This document shows, piece after piece, positions 18,207 through 38,100 of a stretch of 64,000 nucleotides of DNA; within the stretch, counting starts at the first letter, position 1, and the number at the start of each line of letters is the position of its first letter. The DNA lies in contig CM102290.1 of NCBI GenBank assembly GCA_046563655.1, positions 12,896,001-12,960,000 on the forward strand, given 5' to 3'. The DNA is from Yuukianura sp. NJ FZ-2021. Taxonomy: Eukaryota. The translations under genes were made by a program, and so were the position numbers. The notes beneath the pieces were generated by a model that was not told the origin of the DNA, did no database searches, and saw only the letters and a program-made list of their open reading frames with translations.

Positions 18207-20408
18207 ATGAAAGGTTCTGCCCGGAAACTGGACAAACTGCATGACGTGGAAAAATGTTTGGAACGACTGACGTCCTTTCTGACTCCTGCACTTCCGTTCA
18301 TCAACGCCCACAACGTCGATTATTTCGTCAAATCTTATTGGGACCAATACTTGCCTCAAAGAATCCGAACCGATGCTGAACAAGGTCGTGATAATTGTAC
18401 AACATTGAAGTTGCATGTGGATAATCTTTGCAGTGGAGCCTGGAGGAAAAGTGACAATGTCTCAGGAAATGACATACCTTTTCAAAATTGTAATTTGGAG
18501 GATCTTGTACATACTCTAGGAGAATTTGGACTAAAGGCTATGAAAATGAGTGTAACATTGGAGGAAATCCCCCTTTTAACATCCGATACTCCCAGTATTC
18601 ATATTGATCTTGGCGTAGAAGAAGGAGACCTCAAGTTTGACCAAATCATGTCACCCAAGAAAATGCATGAAGTGGAGGCAATGAGTTACTTGATACATCG
18701 TGCAGCCAAAGTCGCTGATCGTTCGTCCATAACTGCAGAAGACGATGTCAACTCCTGCGTCGCTCAGAAACGCACCGTGAAAAACTTGATTGATTTCGGC
18801 AGTGGCAAGGGATATATGAGTTCATTCTTGGCGTTTCTGTACGATTACAAAGTGCTTGCTCTGGATGCTTCACCTGGAAACACTTCCGCTTCTCATGAAA
18901 GATCCGAAAAACTATCCGTAAGGCGGGTTTTCTTTTAAAAAAACGACGAAAACTAATTTTTTTTTGTATACAGAAATACTGGTATCACCTCTTGAGACGT
19001 GCAGCAGAACGAGCTAAGACTGGAGAATGTATCAGCAGCAGATCAAAGCTTTGGAAGGAAAACAAGCATAATGTAGTAGCAGAAGATGAATCTTCTGAAA
19101 ATAATAACTTCGTGGCAATACAACCGAGCAAGGAAAAGGCAGAGATTTACAAGAACTTGACCAATTTAAATCGGATTGTTCATAGTGCAATGGATTTGGA
19201 CGAGTTGTTTCGCCGTCGCGATGTTAATACGAATATGATAGACGACGCACACACTGAATTCGGTATTGTCGGGCTGCATACGTGTGGGTGAGTTTGATTA
19301 ACAAATTGATCTAACTACTGGTATAATGTCGTGTTTTTTAAGGAAGACAACAAGTTATAATTAACCGACATTTTTGTATATTTTACCAGGGACCTTGGTG
19401 TGGACTCAATTAATCTGTTCCTTCAGCATGACAATGCTCTCTTCTTGTGCAACGTTCCATGTTGTTACCATCATTTAGAAGAAATGATTTTCCCAACATC
19501 GGTTTCCGAAGTAAACAGTCCGTACTCTCGTTCACGGCAGAAACGCAGTACTAACAATTGGACAGTTGAGGAGCCAGTGGCTACACAAACTACATTCCCC
19601 CTCAGTTCTTTCTTGCAGCACAAACAGTTCAATCTAGGAAGAAATGCTCGGATGCTGTCTTCCTATTCTCATCAACGGATTCGCGAGGAACTTGATGAAG
19701 TTAGAATTTTTGACATTGATTTTTGCATTGTCATTCTTTTCTTTTTCATACGGTAACCTTATGCTTTTGTATTACAGAAACACGGGGTCGACCTCCATTT
19801 GATTTGGAGACTTCTGCTACAAGTTATCATCAATGAGAAGCTCGGACACACAGTATTGGAACACCAAGTGGGGAAAATTGCTAAACGCTGTTCTAACTTT
19901 GAGGAGTACGTCAGAGAAGCCATGAAAAAGCTTCAACTCGAACACATTCAGGTAAGACTGATAATGGAATAACGATAGACTATATAGTATAATTATTTAT
20001 TTTTGCAGGCCAATACTATTATATATTTTTGCAGGTCACCAACGAAGAAATCAACGACACGTTTCGACGGTATGAACCACAATTCCAGCACTTTCAATTC
20101 TATTACGGAATCAGAACGATGCTAGCGCCACTGCTGGAAGCTTGTATACTCCTAGACAGACTCGCCTATTTGCTGGAACAGGTAACAGTTTCTTTAGTTT
20201 TTAGTTTGAATTAAATATAATTAAAGTTTCAGATATATTAGTCAACTAGTCAAGTTAACTTTTTTTTTTCTAATTTTGGCAATTCTTATTTGTCTAGGAA
20301 GAGATTCGGGATGCTTATATTGTCGAAGTGTTCAACGAACTCATGTCTCCTCGTCGCCATGCTATCCTGGCCTTCAAGATCCCCAGCGACCGTCAACATT
20401 TAATTTGA
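18207..20408 (+). CDS. METTL25: Methyltransferase-like 25 family protein
   Basis: Six exons. Motifs SPKKMHEV, IDFGSGKGY (SAM motif I), GLHTCGDL, VPCCYH, ILLDRLAYL and MSPR. Confidence 0.88.
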
Positions 20409-20541
20409 TTTAAGGTCCAAGTTTAGTTTCCATGGCATTCTATACACGAAATTGTTTCCATGACAGCGAATAAAAATTCGTTAGAAAGGTGTTTTACTTC
20501 AAGAAAGAAAAGCAGTTTGGCGCGCTGCAGACTGCAAATTA

Positions 20542-20715
20542 CAGTAAATCCTCTCATGAGGAAACTTTTTGTTCGTTCACGTGGCTGTTTATATAACTTT
20601 TTAAGGGAATAGCAGGGTACTAATACCTCCACTCTACTCAAGAAAGTTTACTGTAGGCGCGAACAACTTTTCAACCGACCAATCAGAGCGAGTTTTCGAA
20701 TGAGAGGTTGTACTG
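20542..20715. mobile_element. pogo/Tc1-type MITE (degenerate)
   Basis: TA|cagtaaatcctctcat ... atgagaggttgtactg|TA. Confidence 0.65.
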
Positions 20716-22067
20716 TAGCACTTCTACATAAGAGGGTAGCTAAGGTCTCGCTTAACTATTGTGCCTCATTGTGGTGGCTGCCACGGAGGAGGATAGATCA
20801 ATAACAGCTCTGTGGAAGAGGACTTTTACTGTGAATTGTAACCTAATGTCACTAATGTCATCTTCAAGTTGTTCCTACTTCTTACAGTGAAACTAGTGAT
20901 AAACTAGTGATTTAGAATTAGTAATATTAAGCGTTGTAAAGCCAATTTTTATCGTTGGCTATTTATCGTTAACAAAAGTATTTTCAATTTTGGAATTTTC
21001 ATTTTGGAATTTTCATCCCCCCGAAATTCTGTGCCAGAACGCGTCGTTTTTTTAAACCGAACCATGCATGGGTCTACTTGATTTTCTAAAAAGTGTAACC
21101 TGCCAAAGTTCAAGTTCACAGTTGATTGCCTCTTTGTAGCAGTGTGCTGTGCCTCTACGCTGAAAACCGATTTCGTTTTAGTGCATTACTGCACTGATTA
21201 CACATTTTTTGGAACTGGAGTTAAAAATTGAACGCTAAAGAACAGCCGACGCCGACAAAGGTGAGTTTGTTTTATTTTTTGGCACAAATGACATTTACAT
21301 GGTTCAATGGCCTTGTAATATTGTCAAACACAATTTGGTCAAAAAGAGAACAGGTCAAAAAGTGAGAAGATCAAACAAAACCTTTACCCTCCCCAAACAT
21401 GTTGACATTTTCACTTTTTGATCAAATTATTTCGACCATTTCACCTCCTGTGCAAGTAATACACAAAAAATTCAAAAATGTTCACCCTCCCTTCATTTGG
21501 TTCAATCTTAGGTCATAAATTTTTGCTAAATTTTGTTTCATTTTTCCACTTTAGTTTTTCAATGTAAACGGCGCATCTGTCCAAGTGTAAATTAGCACCT
21601 AACTCTGCATCTAAAACATTCAAGTTCAAGAACGTAAAGACACTTGATATGGCCTTTAAATGTTTATTTTTAAGAAGAACGGCACTAGAACTTGATATTT
21701 CTAAAATCTATTTGCACTGTTTTAAAACTCAAGGTCTACGCAACACATTTCCTTTGATGTTCTCCGGCGTCATTATTTCACATCCTCACAAAAACGCGTT
21801 TTTGCCGCGATTTGTAAATGGAAAAAACACTTTGCCTTTTTCGTACACACCGGAAAGAGTTTAAAGCTGATGATTTGGTACCTCCTTCTGCCAAAGTGAT
21901 TCTCCGCAAGAATGATGCTGTCATGTCGTGTGTCAAGTTTCTTCTTAAACATATAGACATGATGCTGACTAATTTTCAGTTGTTGTCTTTCTGTTTTAGG
22001 AAATACATGAGGATTGGCAGTGATCCGGACGTCTTCAAGGAATTATGTTCTTGTGACTGTCAAAATC

Positions 22068-25000
22068 ATGTCATCAAGTTCCGATATGACGGAGACAGGA
22101 AGTTGTTCCAGGTCCAGCAGCAGTTGCAGTGTTGAGAACGTCACCACGACGCCTGACACTGACGACACACTTTCCATTTTTAGTTTCATTTCCCTTAGTC
22201 ACCATCATCATGAGCACTCTTGTCACAATTCCTCAGGAAATCTGAGTAGAAGTCCGAGTGATTTGAGCCTCAGGAATGGTCACTCCCCTGACATTCCCCA
22301 CTGCTGTGGTTGTAACCATAGTAACAGTAGCCATTGTGTCGGATTCCACAGTATGTCACCGTGTAATACTTTGGATCTCAAGCGATGTGGGGATGAGTCG
22401 CTGTTCTGGAAGTGCACCCTACTGCAGAAGTTAATTGGGGAGGAAGAGAGCCGGAAATGTAACTGTCAATTCCAGCATCCCTCTCAACCACATTCCCTCT
22501 GCAAAACCAATTACATTCAGTTGCTGTCAAAAGGCAGGGATGGTCTGCTACTCAAAAGTCTCGAAAAAGGAGGTAAAACATTCAGTTTTAGTCAAAAATT
22601 TTGGTCATTTGATCGCTCCGATTTTAGTTTTCGAAATTTCCTGTCCTCATTCAGTCGAAAATGTTGATAGAAAAGCATCTCAAAATCGGGCGCCAAATTA
22701 AACCACCCCAAATTTTTTGGTAGTATCAAAAAACGGATTTTCGAAAACTGTATAGTTTTTTCAAATTTTGTTTTTTTTTGTTTAGAAAAATTGGAAAAAA
22801 CTGGAGATTTTGCAGAGAAAAACATTTTTTACAAAACAGTGAACACTTTTAAGTAATTTTTTAGCACGTTTCTTCTAAGTTCCCGTCAAACGCAAAATTT
22901 AATGTTCTACAAAAACTAAAAAAAAATGCACGGAGAAGCGGTAACCCTATGATAATTTCTTTTTTGCCAGAATGCTAAACAGTTAAATGAAGCGCATCTT
23001 GGATTCTCGGGGGTTGTTTTTGTTTCACATCGTGCCGAGATTAAATCATTGACTTCTCTTTCTTTGGCATTGCATTAAGAAATCGACAAAACATCTCCAC
23101 AATTTTGAATTGTGTCTGTCAATGTCAAAATCAGGAAGAGATAATGTAGACATTTGAAGTTCTCATTGTGCAAAAAAGGAACTTTTTGTCCAAAGTGGTA
23201 TTGAAGGTATGAATGCGGCGATGGTGGGAAGAGGGTTGAAAAGAAACAAGAAGATAAGTATATAGTATGGTGAGAAATCCACTTAAGGCGTGTAGGAAGT
23301 GTGCAGTAACTTATCCTGATAAGTTTCAGTTTTAATTGACTCTAGAATCAGTAACTTCACCCTCTCTTTTTCTCTGTGGAACTGCTAACAAGTAGGAATT
23401 AGTGCTCCAAAGCGTTCATTGGCATTTATAGGGGATGATGGACAGTTCCCAGTTCTCACGTGATATGGGAACTCAATGTGAAGGAAAAGCAAAATCAAGG
23501 AAAAACAAATTAAACACGAGCGTCAAAAGTGGATGAATTTTTGATAAATATTTCACGAAAAACACAAATTTTTTTAAGCAAAAACGGTCCAAGTAGCTTG
23601 TCGCTTCGATCCAGACCGGAATTTTATTTCTCCTCATGCTAAATTTTTAAAACTTTTACTTTTTCCCATTTAACTTTTAACTTTTCACATTTGACTTTTA
23701 ACTTTTTGCATCTAGATTTTAACTTTTTGTAGCTAAATTTTTTTTACATTTAACTTTTTGCATCTAACTTTGAACTTTTACATTTCACTTTTAACTTTTT
23801 ACACGTAAGTTTTAACTTTTACATTTAACTTTTAACTTTTTACACGTAAGTTTTAACTTTTATATTTAACTTTTAACTTTTAACATATAAGTTTTAACTC
23901 TTCACATTTAACTGTTAACTTTTAACTGGACAAGGATGAGAGGATCTAGACAGGTTTTAATTAGCCAATGTGTCATGTTGTAAGATTCGGCCTTGAAACT
24001 GTGCTAAATAATTAATGAAGATGACAAGACAAAAGCATGCGCAGAAACCCATATGGCTTCGTGAACACTTAAGAAAGAGGCAGTTTATTTGGCGGAAGGT
24101 GTTGTTTATTTAATTAGTTTCGCCTTTGAACTTTCAGCATTACATTTCCTCTGAGAATAAAGTTTAGCATCTAATTCATGATGCTCTTGACGTGCCTTTT
24201 CCTTTTTCAATAAAGTTATAAACAGAAGATGCGTTGTTTGCATTGTAAGTCATCTTTCATCACTCGCGTAATTGACAAGCTCCGCCCCTTTATTAATTAT
24301 TTCCACTTAACGTTGGTCCATTGTTCTCCTGTGATCAGCTTAGTCATGTTCTTATTAATCAAATTGCAGATTGACGCTCTCTGGGAGGGAGGAAACTTTC
24401 AAAATTTCAAAATTGTTTCTTTCATTTCCTTTTGTCGTTTTGACTTTTGAACATGCTGAGATGAAACTTGAACTTAAAATTGGTGAGGTTAATATGAAAT
24501 TCGTGATGAGTAAATTGTCGAATGTTGTTGCAGTACAGTAATCCACATTCTCGTTGCCAGTACCACGCCTGAATTTTTTTAAAGCAGCATCAAGTTTGCA
24601 ATTTTTTTTTTGAAAATTTGAGTTTGCTGTTTACCTTGGATTGACCAACACCATGATCTTCTGGGAGGTTAAAAGTTTACACCTAACGAAGTTTTTTTGG
24701 GACAATTTTTATTACTTTGCCGGCACGGCAGAAATGGCGAGGAAAAAAATCGTGATTCAGAATATCATTTGGAAAGTACGGCTTTAATGAAATTGATTTG
24801 CTCATTGGCTAACATTGTATAAACTTAAAAATTTGCATACAATCAGTAATCAACTGGGCATCCGACTTTCACTTTAGTATTTCACAAAATTTCATGTTAG
24901 AGTTCATGGCGAATGTGGAATATCTTGTGTTCTTACAGGAAAATCCAAATCAGTTTACTAAAGTTTAAATAGAAAATTTTGCCCTAAAATTTGACTTCTG

Positions 25001-27570
25001 TAGAATCCAGAAATGAAATGAGTTTTTCAGAAATTTGAAGCGGTACGTTCAAACTCATTCTAAAATGTTGGGTTTAGTCTCATGCTGGTCGCTCATTGGT
25101 TAGGAGTTGAATTTTTGAAGTGGTCTGAATCCAACATGGCGAAAAGCGTGTCACTATACTCGGTTATTTAAAAAAAAAAGTTTAGGCAGGAGGAACTGAA
25201 TTTTTATGTGAACAACAAAAGTTGTTTTTAAGAAGAAGACCAATATTGCATGATCCACGCTTTGACCTTGGCCGAGGAGGTGCTGTAAATAATTGATCAC
25301 ATGGAAAAAGACATCTAATTTTTCCGATTCAACATTGGATACAAAGTTGACCTGGGTTTAGTATATGCTTCTGGATATGGAGGATCTTAAAGGTCACGAG
25401 AAATTGTTACAGTGCGGCTTATTTTAGAGATTTTGTTCAAAAATTGTTGTGAGAGCCCAACGACGCCGCTTAAAAGAAATAAAAATTTGAATGCCAACAC
25501 AACCTCTAATTTTATGTTGCAATACTCACCGTTCGGCTGTGATTAAGGCCTTGTTATGTAAAAAAGTAAAACAAAAGTTGGTGGTTTCAGGTCATAAAAC
25601 ATTATTTACAAACAAGTGGCAGAAGTAAATGCAAAGTATGAAAGGTGGCTTGAGAACGACATGTAAGATTAATTGTCTTAGGAGGAGGTTGACAACAAAG
25701 TTACTTCAAGGTGTTAATTGTGCACAGGAATAAAGGGGATGAGGTCATGTTAAATTAAAAACAAATTTTCAAGTCGAAAATGAAAAACAACGAAATGTTA
25801 TCGAAGGCACAAACATTTTCAGTTCCACTGTTGCCACCTTGCTCAATTCGCTCTTATCGTTTTCGCGCTAATGGCCAACTACAGGATACTTAATAAGCGA
25901 AATCATGACTTTTACAATTCCTCGGAATCAATTATCTCTCAGGTCATAAAGTTTGTACCTTAATGTACACCAACGTTGCTACAGCGCCAAGTTATACAAA
26001 TTCGCTACAAGGTTATGCCATAACTCACTTTTTTCAAAGTATCACGAAAAAAAAATGTATGCCAATTTTGTACGAATCTCAATTACTTTACATGGCGCGA
26101 TGCGCGAAGTCCACTTTGCAGACAAAAAATCAAAACAATTTTTTTAAACAGGAGTTATGGTATAACTTGTTTAGAAAAAACAAAATTTCAAATTAAGCAA
26201 CCTTGATGTACACGTACAAAGTACAGCTGGACATGGGTTACTCCCAAAGTCAAAGTTGTCACCGTGACCTGAAGCCACACACTGTACCTAAGCTTCCTGA
26301 ATTACTCATTCCGCCTTGCATAGTCACAACGATTAGTCACGCGCCTAGCCTGTTTAATTGTAAATTGTTAATTTAAAACTTTTGTTCCTTTGCAGTTCTA
26401 TTTCCGTTGATACATTGGTCCAGCAAAATGAACGAGAACTATCCGCTACCACTTCATCTCACTCCCATTCCCAATTTACACTTCAATCAAGGTACTTCAA
26501 TTGGAACTACAACTTCCATCTAATTAATTTAGGCTTAGATTAACTAAATTTTAACGTATTTCCAGGGATTTACAGAGAGCTGAAACGAGTAATCCCACCC
26601 GAAGCTTGGCTTCAACATGAGGCAGATCCATTTGACGACTTGGGATCATCCAAGGTTCGTAAACAAAAAACAAACTTTTCTGCACCAGGTTGTCCAATAA
26701 CTGGGAGTTTTAAAGTTTGTTTGAAAATAGCAAATTTGCCTTTCTATGGTATTTTTTTTTGCATGTAATTTAAATGGGATTGGTGCAGAATTGGTTCGGA
26801 AATTTGTTGGAAGTAACATTTTTTGGAAACCCTGAGTTATTGGACAACCTGTTGTAGGAATTACAATTCGGTTGTCAAGGAACCTTGAGATCATCCATGA
26901 GCCCACTATGTCCTGTTGGTTCATCACGGAAACCCACGACTTGGTTAGTCATTGGTTACAAGAGCCTGGAAAAGACGCTGGACAGCTCCCTGGAAGCGAC
27001 ATGGAAGGAATGGACGGGCGCTCGTCACGTGTACCTGCACCTACGAAGCGATTTTGAAATTCGCAGAATCTCGTTCTTTCATCGCGCATATCCAGCCGAC
27101 AACCTTGACCTGTAAAAAATCGATTTTTGCCCAACTTTTTGCCAAAATTTGATTGGTCAATTTGCTTTCCTAGGTTCATGTATGTCGTAGTCATGGAGAT
27201 TGGGAACGTCGATGACCGTAACCGTATCTGGCTGCTGGACTTTGTTCAGCGCATGCGTGCAGAAAGAATGAAGGGATTTGTCACAGTATATTCGGAAATT
27301 GATGAAGAAGTATCTTGCATTGAGAATGAATACCTCAAGTACAAGAATGCCACGAGTCCCACCGGAATCCACCCACCGCTGAGAACACATTTCCACCAAA
27401 CACCGCCTCCTCCCAAAACAGCGCCTGCGTCACTTGGACATGACACGAATCCACTAACGCTATCACAGCATCTACTAGAAAGTCAGTCGGCAGAAATTAA
27501 CGGCAACATCAAGTTTATGGAAAACCTGCTTGCAGAAATTAGAAAAGCACAGATCGGGGAGTACTTCTGA
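22068..27570 (+). CDS. Uncharacterised protein (Ser/His/Cys-rich N-terminus; globular C-terminal region with WKEWTGAR)
   Basis: Phase-compatible exons 22068-22572, 26396-26491, 26566-26654, 26858-27111 and 27174-27570. The 26655-26857 intron is inferred and lies within a MITE. Confidence 0.7.
23660..23926. repeat. AT-rich degenerate tandem repeat (TTTAACTTTT-based) in a long intron
   Basis: Many copies of tttaacttt(t), with higher-order units such as tacacgtaagttttaactttt. Confidence 0.85.
25971..26205. mobile_element. hAT-type MITE, CAAGGTT family subtype A
   Basis: caacgttgctacagcgcc ... aaccttg. Perfect 8-bp TSD ATGTACAC. Internal IR ttatgccataactc / gagttatggtataa. Confidence 0.88.
26651..26887. 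mobile_element. hAT-type MITE, CAAGGTT family subtype B, inserted in coding sequence
   Basis: caaggttc...gaaccttg. Internal IR caggttgtccaataact / agttattggacaacctg. TSD ggatcatc / agatcatc (7/8). Confidence 0.88.
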
Positions 27571-27704
27571 ACTTGACTAAAACGAAGTTAATCCCACATT
27601 AAAAGTTAAACTAATAAATATTCCTAATAATGTAACAATCCACATTAACTTCGCATGTAACAAAATGTCAGGAAAAACACGCCTCGCAAACACAGAAACG
27701 CAAA

Positions 27705-27930
27705 CAAGGTTCGTTAAACAAAAAAAAAACTTTTTCTACACCAGGTTGTCCAGTAACTAGAAGTTTCAGAATTTGTTTGAAGAAAAAATTCTGGCTTTCT
27801 ATGGTAATTTTTCGCATGTAATGTAAATGGGATTCATGCAGAAAGTTTGAAGTATAAGATTTTTGTAAACCCCGAGGTACTGAACAACCTCTTGTAGACT
27901 GGCTGTAGATTGGTTGCTATAGCAACCTTG
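27705..27930. mobile_element. CAAGGTT-family MITE, degenerate or chimeric
   Basis: Subtype-B-like left end and interior. Right end ttgctatagcaaccttg resembles subtype A. No TSD match. Confidence 0.65.
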
Positions 27931-28474
27931 GACATTACCCTTATCTTTGGCTTTAATTAATTTCCAGTCGCGTCTATTACGTTGAAATTTCAACTTTCAA
28001 CTTCGTTGTACCGTTGAATTAATTTGCAATTCCCGCACAATTTCAAATCTACATAACAAATTAATCTAAAATAAAAATCATTAACAATTAGAATTGTAGC
28101 GCCGTGTACGTTCATTTTGACAAAAAATTAATCACTCAAAGCGCGTGAATAATTTCAGTGGGAATTTTCTTTGGCCTATAAATAAGCTAACTGGTTAGTT
28201 ATTTCTTTAACAATCATTACAAATACTTGACTCTGTACCATCCAAACCACTAAACACACATACAAGTCTAACGATTAGACAATGCTAAAACACCGGTTGA
28301 CAAACAAGTTGCCATGGCCACCACTTTGGTAACTGAGAAACATTGTACATGCATGACTATAAAACTCTAAAATATGAGCTTCAAACCTAAACTACAAAAT
28401 TAAGGCCAATGATTTCTGAGCCGCGATGTACATTTTACATGGAAAGAGTCGTGAAGACTTGAGAGAAGCCGAAT

Positions 28475-35705
<7,231 letters not shown>

Positions 35706-36864
35706 GATTCTGACGATTAGTGTTGCTGGATTCGTTTTAATCCAACCCTGACGACGAACTGTTACACAGTGAATGGGGAAGATGCAGCGATGGAACAGCA
35801 CATGCAAATAAGAACAAAATATAAGCAGTAAAAATTAGATTCCGGCGCCACCGGTGAACTATAAATAGATTTTTCGGAACAGCCGCTCTGTTCACTTACT
35901 TTATTTCGGTTCAAACGAACATATATAATCATTGGCCGACTACTTCGAGTGTCGTCATCCTTTCTTCCCACTCAAAATGGAAATGGATTCGACATTTAGC
36001 CTTCCAATTCTGAAAGAATTTTGTTAAGAATTAGGAATTTCATGAAATCACGAAATAATTAGTTGATTTAACTTACAAATTCGCCAATCATTTCAACTTT
36101 GGCACCAGGATACGGCACTAAATTTTAGCTGTAAAGTTTACAAAGTCACAAGAGCGACGTATAAGTAGTCAAGCCAAGTTCTCCCATCGCGGTGCTTTGT
36201 AGGTTTTAATTAATATTTCGCAGAATTCTTCCTTTTCATCACGGAATAAAAATTTTAGATGACAAATGCGAAATGCCTGTTTCCATTAGCGATATTTTTA
36301 GAATTTGGCGCCCAACGCATACTATTAGAGAATAAATTCTAAAATTAACTTTGGGTACAATGACTTACGATAAACCTTACGTCAACCGTGCAACGTTAAC
36401 AGTTTCTGCCCATTATACCGAGTTTAGCACCCCGGAGGCTGAATTCGGTATCCGAGAAAAACACAAAGTTTAGTATGAAGTTGTAATCTCAATTAGGCTC
36501 CAAATTTCGTACGATTTTGATATGTACTTACCGCTTTTTATGATGCTAAACATTGCATTCGAAGATAACAATCAATGAATCCTTCGGGTACCGAATTTAG
36601 TATTGAGTCAATCCCGTCAATCAAAAAAAGTCAATCCCGTCAACCCAAGTCCGAGGAATCAGAGGATTAGTTGAATCCAATTCTTAGCAGCTGCGGAAGC
36701 GCGGGAAAAGAGACAAAATTTAGATGTTGTTTCGTTCTTTTCATTCTAAAAATATAAACAAAACACAAATTCTCATTCCGTTACGTATTTAGTTTAGTTA
36801 GATTTTAGTCAGTTAGCGGCAGCGGCACTAATCTAGCGTTAATCAAAAATTTGGTCAGGAAAAG

Positions 36865-37835
36865 ATGGACGGCTTTCTTCCAGCTTCTGAGTTGAATCGA
36901 GCACAAAGAAGGAAATCTGCTGCTACGTCCAGAGGCAAGAAGGTTATAGCCAAACGTTTTGAGGGTTTCGAGTTCGACAATTCCGCTTCCCCGGAAGTTT
37001 CAGTCGAAGAATTGAATAGGTACGTTGACTTACAGTTACAGTGACCGTCCTATAAAACCGATGATTTAACTCTAATGATCTGTTTCTCTATATCAGGCGG
37101 GTCAGTAATTCCGTGACTCATCTGCTCCAAAGTAGTTACTTCGAAACGTTTTGCAAGACCTTAGAAGAAGCCTTGCAAGAATCAACTCTCTGTATCAGCG
37201 AAATTGTTTGTTACGGGCTTGGTACATTTGGAAATAGCGCCACAGCTCGCTATCAACTCGCATTCTTAATTCTGCTACAACGGAAGTTACAAACGAAAGT
37301 GGACATTTTTGACCCAACATTTACAACGAATGAGATCCAACTTTTGAAAGCGCGGCTTGGATTCAATGTTTTACTGGAAAACGAGGAAGCACATCGACCC
37401 GTTCACACTACTTCCGAAGGAACACTGTTCTACATGCCACATGCCCCGCATCAACTAGTCAACAATCTGCTCTATACAAATTGGTGCCCCAGTGCTCTTA
37501 CCAGAGTGATTTGTATCTGCAATAGCTTCACCAACCTCAAAACCAACACAACCAAATCAATCCTTAGGGATGAACTGAAATACATTGACAGAGCCATGGA
37601 CCTTGTGTTGGAATACAGTATTAGCAACACTTTTACATACAACGATATCTTCAACGACTTGGCTCTTCACTTGTTCCCAGTACAACTGACAAAACATGAG
37701 AATCTACCACCATGTTTTTGGAAAACCTTTGCCAAACCGTCCTATCACCAATTAGAATTCGTTCCAGCCCGTGTATCCATACCAGACACTACGATGTTAG
37801 AGGAATTAACACTTTCCGGACTCCAGATAAGCTGA
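36865..37835 (+). CDS. SRRD: SRR1-like (sensitivity to red light reduced) domain protein
   Basis: Two exons (intron ~37020-37096). Motifs IVCYGLG, ARYQLA, FDP, TLFYMPH, NNLLYTNW, NSF and IFNDLALH. Confidence 0.9.
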
Positions 37836-38100
37836 TTTGACATGACGTATAGGGAAGTGAAGTTTTAGCTTAGCTCAAAGGGCCGAATTATTCGTTACAC
37901 ACCTAATAGACGTATAGGTAACCTTACACAAATTATTAACTTTAAGAGTATTCGAGAATATGTTGAGTAGTTTGTTCGATTTCGTTTGTCGATACTTTTT
38001 TCAATACACATTTTACAATGGAGGAGTCAGCGGTTTAAAAAAAAACAACAACTACATACTGCTTGTAATGGAAAAATATACTGCGTTTCGGATTTTTATT

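Noticed and set aside
23660..23926. Repeat array considered as CRISPR-like
   Set aside because: Low-complexity AT-rich tandem repeat without unique spacers, inside a eukaryotic intron.
26887..26890. AG created at the MITE/TSD boundary as the acceptor for near-precise removal
   Set aside because: Paired with the 26655 donor it shifts the frame. Only the internal acceptor at 26857 is in phase.
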